Assembly (NCBI GenBank): GCA_017557885.1
Contig: JAFYXV010000009.1
Coordinates: 27,049 to 91,048 of the forward strand
DNA from: a bacterium
GTDB taxonomy: Bacteria; Auribacterota; UBA3054
Direction: 5' to 3'
Length of the DNA: 64,000 bases
Made by a program: the position numbers and the translations under genes. Shown here piece by piece: positions 9,554 to 17,996 of this stretch. Below the pieces are notes generated by a model. It saw only the letters and a list, made by a program, of their open reading frames with translations. It did not search any database and had not been told where the DNA came from. Within the stretch, counting starts at the first letter, position 1, and every line of letters begins with the position of its first letter.

Positions 9554-11980
9554 TCACCTTTGTTGTAATAAGCCTTTTCCAAGTCTTAAGATCAGTCCGT
9601 CTCTTTTCGGCAAAACAGTCATATTAAGAATTTTGCCGAAAACGTCCTTTCCGTCGAAAACGGAAACTTTGAATTGATACTCTCCCGCGGCTGTTGGTGT
9701 ACCACGCAATTCTCCGTTGGGGTTCAAATGAATGCCTGGCGGCAGAGCGCTGTTATCAGACGCTTGCCAAATGTAATTTTTCTTTTTTCCGCCGTCAGCT
9801 TTTAAACGTAAGAAATAATAGCGACCAACGTTAGCGTTTTCCAAAACATTCGTTGAAACTATCACTAGCGGGAAATCGTTGGTGTCAAACGGATCGTATC
9901 CTCTTTTTATTTCATAATTGTCATCCACGCCGTCGCCGTCTTCGTCTCCGGGTATGAAGATGAAGAAATTTCCGCTGTCGCTTGCCCTGCTGTTTTCGTG
10001 AGTATCTGTCGCGACAATCTGCCAATAGTGATAGCCTCGCTCGAAGTGTACGTTTTCCGTAGATATGTATTTGTTAGTTCCGTCGACGACATCATCATAA
10101 ATCAAGTCAAAACTGCTGTCGTATAAATAAAAATGCTGGAAAACGGTCTCGTTTTCAGGATCAACGGAAGGAAGCCACACGAAATTGACTTGCTCGTATT
10201 CCTGATTGACATCCGTTATATTACGAAATTGCAAAACCACATCGTCCCCGTTTATAGGTTCCAGCAAAATTGGTTTGCTAGGTGCCTCGTTTATAATATC
10301 GCCGATTTCGGCATCCCATATCAAATTCAATGTTTCGTCAAAACTTCCATAGCAATCTACCACCTTGATTGCCTGCTCTCGCACCGCAAAATTCATATCG
10401 CTGTAATTTAACAAGAAGGTAAACTTGAATCTCCTATAATATTTTGCTGAAAACGTAATCATTTTTACGTTGTTCTGATCCAAAGGACAATCTTCCCAAA
10501 AAACACTCAACCCTTCCATATCCAGCAACGGTTTCCAGTCGATGCTGCATACATAAACCGCCCCCGTCATCGGATCGGAGGAAAAAACGTTCAAATAAAA
10601 TGTATTGGTATAGAATTCACCCTCTCCTAAAGAGAAGTGGATCTCCGTCGGTTCAAATATGATTTTTCTAAATCCGTTGGTAAATATGGGATTAGTCTTA
10701 TTCTTCATTTCGGTAAGGTTGTCTATGCCGTCGCCGCCGCTGTCCGCCAAAGGATCGCTAAGGTTCAGAAATGACATTCCTGCCCTTTGAGCTATATCTG
10801 CCCAATAGTTCATCCAATCATTGTCTATCGAAGTAGCGTTCGAGCTATTGCAGGGATCCAACGGATGAGGGTCAACGTCATCCGTTAGTCCGTCTTCATC
10901 GGTGTCAGGGGAAGTTGGGTCTGTCACAAAATAATTCGTTTCTGAATTAAAAACATAATGATATCTCCCCAAAACCTCGTCACCGTCAGATATACCGTCG
11001 TCATCCGTATCATGCCAGTTGGCGATCGTGGTTACCACGTTTGTTTTGTCGCCTTCGGTCAAAAGAAGAACAATGGTTTGTTCAACAACTTCCACTCCGT
11101 CTTCCAGGCCGTCGTCATCAGTGTCTTTATTCGCCGGATCAGTGCCATACTTAAATATTTCATCCTCGTTGGACAAACCGTCTTCGTCATCGTCGCCGCT
11201 CATGTCCGCTTCTATGTGAAAAACGTTGTTCTCATCAGGCATTGTTAAATTTTCTCCGGATCTCAGCGTAACCTCAGTGGCATATTCATCCCAGTTTGTC
11301 ATAACAATAGAATTGTTAGAACGCGTGCTGACTCCTTTCAAAAACTCACAATATTCTTTATAATGAGGATTGTTTGGCGGTATTACCTTTACGACCACAT
11401 CAGTCGGGGCATCGTTTACAAAACTGCAATTAGGATATTTCTTGCCAAAACTAGACAACGTCGCTTTTGAATTAAGTTCATTAGATCTTTCCATGGAAAA
11501 ATCATATACCACATCCCAAAAAGTCATAGTGTCTTCTTGCAATCCGGTAATAGTTGTAATTTCTTTTTTCCCCGCAGCGTTTTTATTAAAATGCAAACCA
11601 TTAAAATCTAACTTAAGCGACAAATATACAAAACAGAAATTTACTTGTGATGGCAGCGAACCGTCTGCATAAACATTCGTATAATCATATTTTCTGAATT
11701 GTCGTCCGAAAACAGAAACAGGCCAAGATTTATCACCATACTCAACGCAGGAATAATAAAAAGGGACGGATAACAATATGCTTGTTGGTATAGGTATTTT
11801 TATTTTTCCAAACGGTAAAGGAATCACCTGCGTAGTCCAGCTGATCGTTGTGGGTTGATTAAAAATAAGTCCAGATAGATTTTTAAAAGTCTGCCGTATC
11901 TCTATTCCGGCAACTTTGTTTTCCGCGGGTAAATTATATACAGCAAGAAGCAGAAGCAAACACAAATAGATTTTTTTCAT
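9554..11980 (-). CDS. secreted protein with thrombospondin-type-3-like Ca-binding repeats and a C-terminal putative Ig (He_PIG-like) domain
   Basis: The signal peptide is MKKIYLCLLLLLAVYNLPA. Repeats include DDDEDGLSNEDE, DTDDDGLEDGVE, DTDDDGISDGDE, DTDEDGLTDDVD and SGGDGIDNLTE. The C-terminal LPPGIHLNPNGELRGTPTAAGEYQFKVSVFDG matches the He_PIG pattern. The gene is low in GC and overlaps the upstream gene by ATGA. Confidence 0.7.
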   Translation of the reverse strand: MKKIYLCLLLLLAVYNLPAENKVAGIEIRQTFKNLSGLIFNQPTTISWTTQVIPLPFGKIKIPIPTSILLSVPFYYSCVEYGDKSWPVSVFGRQFRKYDYTNVYADGSLPSQVNFCFVYLSLKLDFNGLHFNKNAAGKKEITTITGLQEDTMTFWDVVYDFSMERSNELNSKATLSSFGKKYPNCSFVNDAPTDVVVKVIPPNNPHYKEYCEFLKGVSTRSNNSIVMTNWDEYATEVTLRSGENLTMPDENNVFHIEADMSGDDDEDGLSNEDEIFKYGTDPANKDTDDDGLEDGVEVVEQTIVLLLTEGDKTNVVTTIANWHDTDDDGISDGDEVLGRYHYVFNSETNYFVTDPTSPDTDEDGLTDDVDPHPLDPCNSSNATSIDNDWMNYWADIAQRAGMSFLNLSDPLADSGGDGIDNLTEMKNKTNPIFTNGFRKIIFEPTEIHFSLGEGEFYTNTFYLNVFSSDPMTGAVYVCSIDWKPLLDMEGLSVFWEDCPLDQNNVKMITFSAKYYRRFKFTFLLNYSDMNFAVREQAIKVVDCYGSFDETLNLIWDAEIGDIINEAPSKPILLEPINGDDVVLQFRNITDVNQEYEQVNFVWLPSVDPENETVFQHFYLYDSSFDLIYDDVVDGTNKYISTENVHFERGYHYWQIVATDTHENSRASDSGNFFIFIPGDEDGDGVDDNYEIKRGYDPFDTNDFPLVIVSTNVLENANVGRYYFLRLKADGGKKKNYIWQASDNSALPPGIHLNPNGELRGTPTAAGEYQFKVSVFDGKDVFGKILNMTVLPKRDGLILRLGKGLLQQR

Positions 11981-13872
11981 CGTTCTCCTTTCTCCTCGGC
12001 AAGCATCTTCTGGTAATATTCTTTCCCATACTTGGCCTGCAGACGAATATTGCGCATTGTGTCTGGCTTGAAAACGAAGCTACAATCCTCCGTTAATCTG
12101 CATGTTCTGAAAGTCGGTACATATTCGCCTTGTAAATATATCTTTCGTTCATGTGCCAAAGATACTCCGAAACAAATAGCCAAAAATTCGTCAGAGAATG
12201 TATTCTCTTTATAAACTATAATATCTTCTCCTTTTGTTATTGGGCTATATCCATCATTATCCAGATAACTATCCTTATATTTAAAAAATTTATCAAGAAA
12301 AACTTTATTCCTTTGCATAATAGCAACTTGTATAAATCTATGCCAAGGATATTTGATATTCGCATGTGAAAATTCGATAATATTTGAACTGCCACTAAAG
12401 GAATAAGTATCAGGAAAAGGTTTTTTTATTTTTGGAATTTCAGGATATTTTTCCGGCAAGTGAGATTTCCCAAAACCTATCATAAATCTTAATGATTTAT
12501 ATTCAATTTTTTTATACTCAACTTTGTGATCAACATTATAACAAGATATAGCAATCGACTCAGGCTCGAACCAGCCTTCTTTTTTATAAGTAACTTTATA
12601 CTTGTGTATAGCCATAGGCTGCACTACGGCAAATTTATAATGCGGCTTGCTGTCGCGCACAACCTCGTTGTATAAAAATTTACTCTTGAATATTTTATCG
12701 TGCAATGGCTCGCTTGCAAGATACTTTATTCTCAGATAGTTTTTGCTGCTGTCATTCCAAAGTCCGGAGGCAAGTCTGACCTCCGTCATTACATTCGTAT
12801 TTATAAGGATATTAAACTCGCTCTCGTATTCGTCGTCCTTAATATTTCTCAAAACTAAATGTTTTGGGAAATATATAATTTTTTCCCTATTAGGAACTGT
12901 AGGATCCGTTTCAAGCAATTTTTCATCAGCATTGGTAAAACCGTCATTGTCACAGTCGCCGTTAGCGTCAATTAGCTTGTTTCGCAAAGTTTTGTCACCT
13001 TTGCTCCAATATTCTGCCCATTCATAAGGCATGGTTTTAGGATCCTTAGACTTGCAAGACACAAGCGGATTCTTGTCATCTTTGTCAGGTATTCCGTCGC
13101 CGTCAGTGTCCGGATCGGTAGGATCTGTCACAAATCCGTTTTTCCCATAAACTTCATCGCCGTCTATTAAACCATCTTTATCTGTATCTTTATTACCAGG
13201 TTTAGTAAATGCAAGTTTTTCTTTGATATCATTATTAACTTTTAATTTTATCATTATGCCTTTTATTTCATCCCAGTCTTCAATGCCATCTCCATCAAAA
13301 TCCTTATAATCCATGCATTTTAAACCGCCATACAGCTTTGCTTCCTCGCAATATTCATGTGCCTGAACATATCTTGCGAAACGAAGGCCGTTTTTGCCTT
13401 CATGCGTTTCCACATACTTGTCGCCGGGATGAAGCACGCAGCAAAGACAGTATTTTTCCTTAATGACATTCATGTCTGTTACCCCGTCCCTTTCAGCGCC
13501 TTCATAATCCAGAAACGTTATCACCACCACGTTGGAGGATGTGTTTACGAAGTCACGGGTGATAGGCTTTTCTTTCAAAAACACCCATTTTTGCCAGGGA
13601 TTTTGCTTGATCTCGTTTTGCCATTCTTCCTCTGTCATTTCATCTTCTGGCAAGGTCATTGACGAATCAGCTTTTCTCTTTTGAACGCTGGTTTTAGCGC
13701 TTGTCTCTGCTTGTTTCTTCTTTTCATCCGCTTCTTTTCTCGGTTTGGCTTCAGCATCGTTGATTTGGTAATATTCCCCAGTTTCAAAATCCAAAACCAT
13801 TTCGCAATAAGAACTGATCGCGGAAGCGCAGAACATAATGATTATTAGTTTAAATATTGTCTTCATAATCAT
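11977..13872 (-). CDS. secreted protein with thrombospondin-type-3-like Ca-binding repeats (distant paralog of 9554..11980)
   Basis: It has a signal peptide. Repeats include DFDGDGIEDWDE, DTDKDGLIDGDE, DTDGDGIPDKDD and DCDNDGFTNADE. An AGGAGA Shine-Dalgarno sits 7 nt upstream. It has ATGA overlaps with both neighbours and is low in GC. Confidence 0.7.
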   Translation of the reverse strand: MIMKTIFKLIIIMFCASAISSYCEMVLDFETGEYYQINDAEAKPRKEADEKKKQAETSAKTSVQKRKADSSMTLPEDEMTEEEWQNEIKQNPWQKWVFLKEKPITRDFVNTSSNVVVITFLDYEGAERDGVTDMNVIKEKYCLCCVLHPGDKYVETHEGKNGLRFARYVQAHEYCEEAKLYGGLKCMDYKDFDGDGIEDWDEIKGIMIKLKVNNDIKEKLAFTKPGNKDTDKDGLIDGDEVYGKNGFVTDPTDPDTDGDGIPDKDDKNPLVSCKSKDPKTMPYEWAEYWSKGDKTLRNKLIDANGDCDNDGFTNADEKLLETDPTVPNREKIIYFPKHLVLRNIKDDEYESEFNILINTNVMTEVRLASGLWNDSSKNYLRIKYLASEPLHDKIFKSKFLYNEVVRDSKPHYKFAVVQPMAIHKYKVTYKKEGWFEPESIAISCYNVDHKVEYKKIEYKSLRFMIGFGKSHLPEKYPEIPKIKKPFPDTYSFSGSSNIIEFSHANIKYPWHRFIQVAIMQRNKVFLDKFFKYKDSYLDNDGYSPITKGEDIIVYKENTFSDEFLAICFGVSLAHERKIYLQGEYVPTFRTCRLTEDCSFVFKPDTMRNIRLQAKYGKEYYQKMLAEEKGER

Positions 13873-15992
13873 TCTCCTGTAGGTTCGATTATGGCCAAAC
13901 GATCTCTTACAACTTCTAAGAAGTCTTTGTTATTTGAAGAAAAACGCTGTATTTGACTGTGAATTTGATCCGTAAATTTTGAATTGATACCGCTAAAGTA
14001 TGGATTATTATTTAGATAAGCAGCATAAGTGCCAACAGCGCTATCTGAGCGATTTAATCTGTACAGCTCATTATCATGCAAAAGAAACAGATTGCACTTT
14101 GATAAAATTCCAGTAATATACTCAGATATGCCCTCTATACTGTCTGCGATAACATCCCACCAAATATCTACGCTCAAAGAAGCATTATTGTACAAATCTT
14201 CCAAAATAGAATGGAAATTTGGAAATATGGTATATCTTCTATATTTACCCAACGAATCAACCATTGAAGTGCCAACTTCTTTAATATAAATATACTTTCT
14301 TAATCCAATAATTACAGAAATCATTTGATGATTAAATAAAAAATACGTGTGTCCTCTTTCCCAATTTTCCTCAGTCCCTCTTGATATTAAGTTCATATTT
14401 CCAGGACTTGTTCGTTTTATCAAAGTAGCCCCAAGAGCTAATATCATATTATTGTCAGCCAAAGATGATCCTAGTAAGGGCGGGGCAGCAAAAACAATAT
14501 TATCCACATTCTCACGAAACGAAGCGTTGTGCTCTTGACATTCATAATATGTCATTACGCATCCCGCTGAATGAGCAACAATCGTAGCCTTAAGGTCGTT
14601 AACACCGCGTTTTGATTTAATAAAATTCCGTAATTTGTTTTTGCTTACATAAGTATTCTTTATACTTCGCAATGAACTCCATGGGAAATCATGACATTCA
14701 TAAGGACGCATATTAATGAATGGATTGCTATCCAATAAACTTCCAAAAAAAGTATCGTCATCTGGTGTTCGAGGGCAAGCATCTATTCCATGAATCAAAA
14801 TTACCGGTTTTATTCGGCTAAGTTTAGTTTTACATGCATAGTAAGGTATTTGATCAAATTTTATTTTTGCAATGGTGTTTTCGCCTAAGCTTAAATTTAT
14901 AATTCTATGACGTATAATATTTTCATGATTATATTCATCATTAATTTCTTCAATTTTATTGCTGTTTATTTTTTCAAAATTTTCATCGTAATAATCAATC
15001 ATAAATGCTTGTTTGCAAGCAGTTTCAAAACACATCGTGCTATTCAAATTTTTAAAGGAAATATAGACAGGCCTGGGAGCTTGCGGAAGAGTAATTTGTG
15101 AGCCACCTGACGACCAGTTTATTGTTTCGGAAATTTCCTGCAAGTTTAATATCGCAAGCTTATAATCAATGTTACTTTGACTTGAATTATGATTAAAGCT
15201 TACTTCTATGTAAGCCGGTTTATTAATATCTAAATTGTTAAAAGTTAAAAGAGGTTTGAAACTAAAGTTAGTGGCGTGATTAATGCTTGAAGCCACAGTT
15301 ACGTGTTCGTTGTTGGCGTCAAGCTGAATTAAATGAATTTTTATCTGGCATTGAGCCATCGGGGTTGGAAAAGCGGCATAAATTTTGCCAGAGGTTTCCG
15401 TCGGAGTAAACCGATAATAATCCGAGTCTACTATAGAAACGGCGCCATTGTCTGTTTCTCCATAGAGGATATATTGTTTAACGCTATCATCAGGTAGTCC
15501 TATGTTTAAACTTGGAATGGTATCAACATTCACGGTACCGCCAGGAGCAGCGTCCCACTGAACTATCCAATTTACCGTGCGGTCGCCGGGGATATTTGTA
15601 AACTGAGTGTTTAAATGCGGATCAAAATTTCCATATTCTCCGTTTTCATTTAATATACCGGTTTCAGTCGTGGTAAAAACAAAACGGGCATCTGGTTCAT
15701 TAAAAAACGAGTTTTTGACTGATACAACATACGATTCAAAAATTTCCCCAGCGCTTTCAACTCCGTTGCTTATAACCAACCAGTCACAATTACTGGCCTG
15801 TATCTGACAATCGACCTCATAACTTGGATAATATTTCTTTCTCAACAAAATTTCAAAATTAGGATCTCCCTGAGTCAAACGAATGCAGATGTTAGTTGTA
15901 TACGGAGGATCCTTGGGAGGATTAACGTATTCCTCCGCGAAGCACATCATCGGTAAAATGAAAACAAATAATATGAATTTAAACTGTTTCAT
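13869..15992 (-). CDS. secreted alpha/beta-hydrolase (class-2 lipase/esterase-like) with a ~390-aa N-terminal non-catalytic region
   Basis: The signal peptide is MKQFKFILFVFILPMMCFA. KPVILIHGI, KATIVAHSAGCVMTYY (GxSxG-type AHSAG; Ser codon at 14568-14570) and NIVFAAPPLLGS parallel Bacillus LipA (PVVMVHGI / VDIVAHSMGG / VVTLGG). Later RSDSAV and QIHSQ are candidate Asp and His residues. Confidence 0.65.
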   Translation of the reverse strand: MKQFKFILFVFILPMMCFAEEYVNPPKDPPYTTNICIRLTQGDPNFEILLRKKYYPSYEVDCQIQASNCDWLVISNGVESAGEIFESYVVSVKNSFFNEPDARFVFTTTETGILNENGEYGNFDPHLNTQFTNIPGDRTVNWIVQWDAAPGGTVNVDTIPSLNIGLPDDSVKQYILYGETDNGAVSIVDSDYYRFTPTETSGKIYAAFPTPMAQCQIKIHLIQLDANNEHVTVASSINHATNFSFKPLLTFNNLDINKPAYIEVSFNHNSSQSNIDYKLAILNLQEISETINWSSGGSQITLPQAPRPVYISFKNLNSTMCFETACKQAFMIDYYDENFEKINSNKIEEINDEYNHENIIRHRIINLSLGENTIAKIKFDQIPYYACKTKLSRIKPVILIHGIDACPRTPDDDTFFGSLLDSNPFINMRPYECHDFPWSSLRSIKNTYVSKNKLRNFIKSKRGVNDLKATIVAHSAGCVMTYYECQEHNASFRENVDNIVFAAPPLLGSSLADNNMILALGATLIKRTSPGNMNLISRGTEENWERGHTYFLFNHQMISVIIGLRKYIYIKEVGTSMVDSLGKYRRYTIFPNFHSILEDLYNNASLSVDIWWDVIADSIEGISEYITGILSKCNLFLLHDNELYRLNRSDSAVGTYAAYLNNNPYFSGINSKFTDQIHSQIQRFSSNNKDFLEVVRDRLAIIEPTGE

Positions 15993-17779
15993 TTTCTTAT
16001 AATCAAATAATTGAAAAAAAGCGGTTCGATGTTTTCACCATCAGATTGACGCCTTACGCAAAAAGATTCGTTACTGGCATTTACCACAACCCAATACGGA
16101 GTCGTGGTTTCCTGACGCGGAGTCAAAAGGATAATGGCATTGCTTGTTAATCCTGAGCATGAAACAGGCGATGATGCGTCAGAATTTATCGGTATCTCTA
16201 CAACTCCGCACTGTGTCGAGTTTTGAAATTGCAAGAATGACTGAGCCTGAATATTGCCGCCTTCAGTCGCCAAAAGCGTCAAATCGCCGTTTGGGGCGAT
16301 TATTTTTCCTGTCGAATTAGCTATTACCACATTACAGGAATTAGTTGTGCTTCCTACTACCCAATCTCCGCTTCCGTTTATCTTTAAATCGGATACTTTT
16401 AAAGACCCTATAACTGTTCCTCCGTTAGTTGTTATAAGCATGTCTTTAAGATCATCGCAAAACATTTCCCAAGAAATTTTCGAATTAAACAAATTAGGAT
16501 GTTCTGCAAGTAAGGAAACAAACATATCACCAAGGCTGGAACTTGTGACAACTGCCGAGCCGCCTACGGTAATATTTCCGCTTTCTACAGCAAATCCGTT
16601 CTCGTTGAACGTGAAGCTTTCATCGTCGCTGAATTTGAATATAGACCAAATGTCTTGCATAGTATATGTTAATGACCAATAAAAACTTAAATATTCATAA
16701 AAGAACTGCTGGGGGGTCATTCCACTGCGGGGTTCATCTCCTCCTCCCCTGGGCTCGTTAGAAGCGCCGTATGGTTTATAGAAATCTCCGTACCTTATAC
16801 TTGAACAAGTATATACGTAAAGCGGAGTGTTGCCAGTTCTTTTCACACAAAGCAAATAATCTCGATCTGCAAAAATTTGCACAGGGGATGAAAACGAATA
16901 GGTGATTCTGGGAAAATTCGACGTATTTATTAAGGCGGCAGGGTACTCAACTATTTGAGCGACACCAGAGTTAATTACGCAAGCAGATATGTAAACATTT
17001 TGTGGCGATAAGATCCTGGCAACATTATCGCAGTATAAAGTCACGCTTTCAAGCTGGGTATCGCGTGAGACACGGAAAGTGTTGCCTGCTCTATCCCAAT
17101 TGCAATCAACCGCAGGCAGCCAATAGCTTGCTCCAGTGGTAGGATCTATTCTGCCGACAATGGGAGAAGATCTGGCAATCACTACGCTTCCGTCATCATT
17201 AATTGTAATGGCGTTAGTTATGTCCTCGCATATCTCATCAAGTCTATTGTAAGCGATGGAAAGATTCTGCAAAGCTCCCTGGGAATTTGATAAAGAATTC
17301 GCAATTGAGTTAACGGCATTTGAGAGACTGGCCAAGTTGGAACTTAAAGCCGTGAAGGAAGTTTTTAAATCTACGACTTGATTTGAAACCGCTATAAGTT
17401 CTTCTAGAGTTGCGAAAGAAGAGCCGGAATTGAAAACTTCTTCGGAATAAAGAAAAAATCTTTCAAAATCATTAATTTCATAAACGCCGCTATTAAGACG
17501 AGCGTCATTGTTAATGCTAAACCTCGAATTGGAAAATTGGAACAAATTGGAGAGACATTGAAACTTTTCCGGGAGGTCATATTCCAGTTTTGCCAATCTG
17601 GAGGTAACGGAAACATACTGCTCTTTAATATATTTTGATTGGACCTCTAAATTGGAAACAGCTTGTGACAAGTAAGCTCTAAGCTCGGGATCTTGATAAC
17701 AAGAAGAGCTATTATCAATTGCAGACGCGACAACGGTTGCCGGAATTAAGAGAAAAAAAAGGAGTGAAAAGTTTTTCAT
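15989..17779 (-). CDS. secreted hypothetical protein, fibre-like (Asn/Ser-rich coiled-coil segment followed by beta-rich domains)
   Basis: The signal peptide is MKNFSLLFFLLIPATVVASA. A heptad-like stretch reads TSFTALSSNLASLSNAVNSIANSLSNSQGALQNLSIAYNRL. This is the first gene of the low-GC operon and follows a consensus promoter. No family was recognised. Confidence 0.5.
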   Translation of the reverse strand: MKNFSLLFFLLIPATVVASAIDNSSSCYQDPELRAYLSQAVSNLEVQSKYIKEQYVSVTSRLAKLEYDLPEKFQCLSNLFQFSNSRFSINNDARLNSGVYEINDFERFFLYSEEVFNSGSSFATLEELIAVSNQVVDLKTSFTALSSNLASLSNAVNSIANSLSNSQGALQNLSIAYNRLDEICEDITNAITINDDGSVVIARSSPIVGRIDPTTGASYWLPAVDCNWDRAGNTFRVSRDTQLESVTLYCDNVARILSPQNVYISACVINSGVAQIVEYPAALINTSNFPRITYSFSSPVQIFADRDYLLCVKRTGNTPLYVYTCSSIRYGDFYKPYGASNEPRGGGDEPRSGMTPQQFFYEYLSFYWSLTYTMQDIWSIFKFSDDESFTFNENGFAVESGNITVGGSAVVTSSSLGDMFVSLLAEHPNLFNSKISWEMFCDDLKDMLITTNGGTVIGSLKVSDLKINGSGDWVVGSTTNSCNVVIANSTGKIIAPNGDLTLLATEGGNIQAQSFLQFQNSTQCGVVEIPINSDASSPVSCSGLTSNAIILLTPRQETTTPYWVVVNASNESFCVRRQSDGENIEPLFFNYLIIRK

Positions 17780-17814
17780 AAAGACAAATGAAGGTTTATG
17801 TTAACATTTGTTTT

Positions 17815-17843
17815 ATTATATGAAATAAACCATTGGTTGTCAA
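17815..17843 (-). promoter_or_regulatory. sigma70-type promoter, perfect consensus TTGACA-N17-TATAAT
   Basis: The minus strand reads TTGACA accaatggtttatttca TATAAT. The -10 ends 35 nt upstream of the ATG at 17779. Confidence 0.7.
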
Positions 17844-17943
17844 AGCTGTATAAACAAAAAAGCATCCAGTTTTTTAAGGAAATCTCGCTTGCAAGAGTTT
17901 TGGCTGTGAGGCATTTAAATATATATTCTTTAAGTCGGGAGAC

Positions 17944-17972
17944 AAAAAAAATACCCGCGCTTTCGCGCGGGT
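17944..17972 (-). terminator. rho-independent terminator (bidirectional shape) after the Cys-rich gene
   Basis: The stem is ACCCGCGC (17953-17960) / GCGCGGGT (17965-17972) with loop TTTC. It is flanked by A7 on one side and T5 on the other, and lies 25 nt downstream of the stop at 17997. Confidence 0.8.
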
Positions 17973-17996
17973 ATTTTTACCATTAAAGTAATTTAA

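Larger units (their letters stand above)
9554..17843 (-). other. core of a low-GC genomic island (one operon, putatively horizontally acquired)
   Basis: Hand counts of single 60-nt lines give about 27% GC (12301) and 35% (14041) inside. Outside, the counts are about 55% (6001 in metG, and 7441 near the 3' end of the GH-D gene). The GH-D gene as a whole is intermediate (about 38-55% across three sampled lines). There are 4-nt ATGA overlaps at 11977-11980, 13869-13872 and 15989-15992. There is a single strong promoter at 17815-17843. Confidence 0.7.

Noticed and set aside
10706-11206. Asp-rich repeats, checked as a possible DNA-level tandem repeat or CRISPR-like array
   Set aside because: The repeats are conserved only at the protein-motif level (DxDxDGxxDxxE). 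The nucleotide copies differ, their spacing is irregular, and they are in-frame inside a long ORF. No CRISPR-like repeat-spacer structure exists anywhere in the window.
17798-17986. A 62-aa plus-strand ORF in the AT-rich gap between the island and the Cys-rich gene
   Set aside because: It lies across the island promoter and the terminator hairpin. It has no Shine-Dalgarno or promoter of its own, and its composition is what random AT-rich DNA produces.
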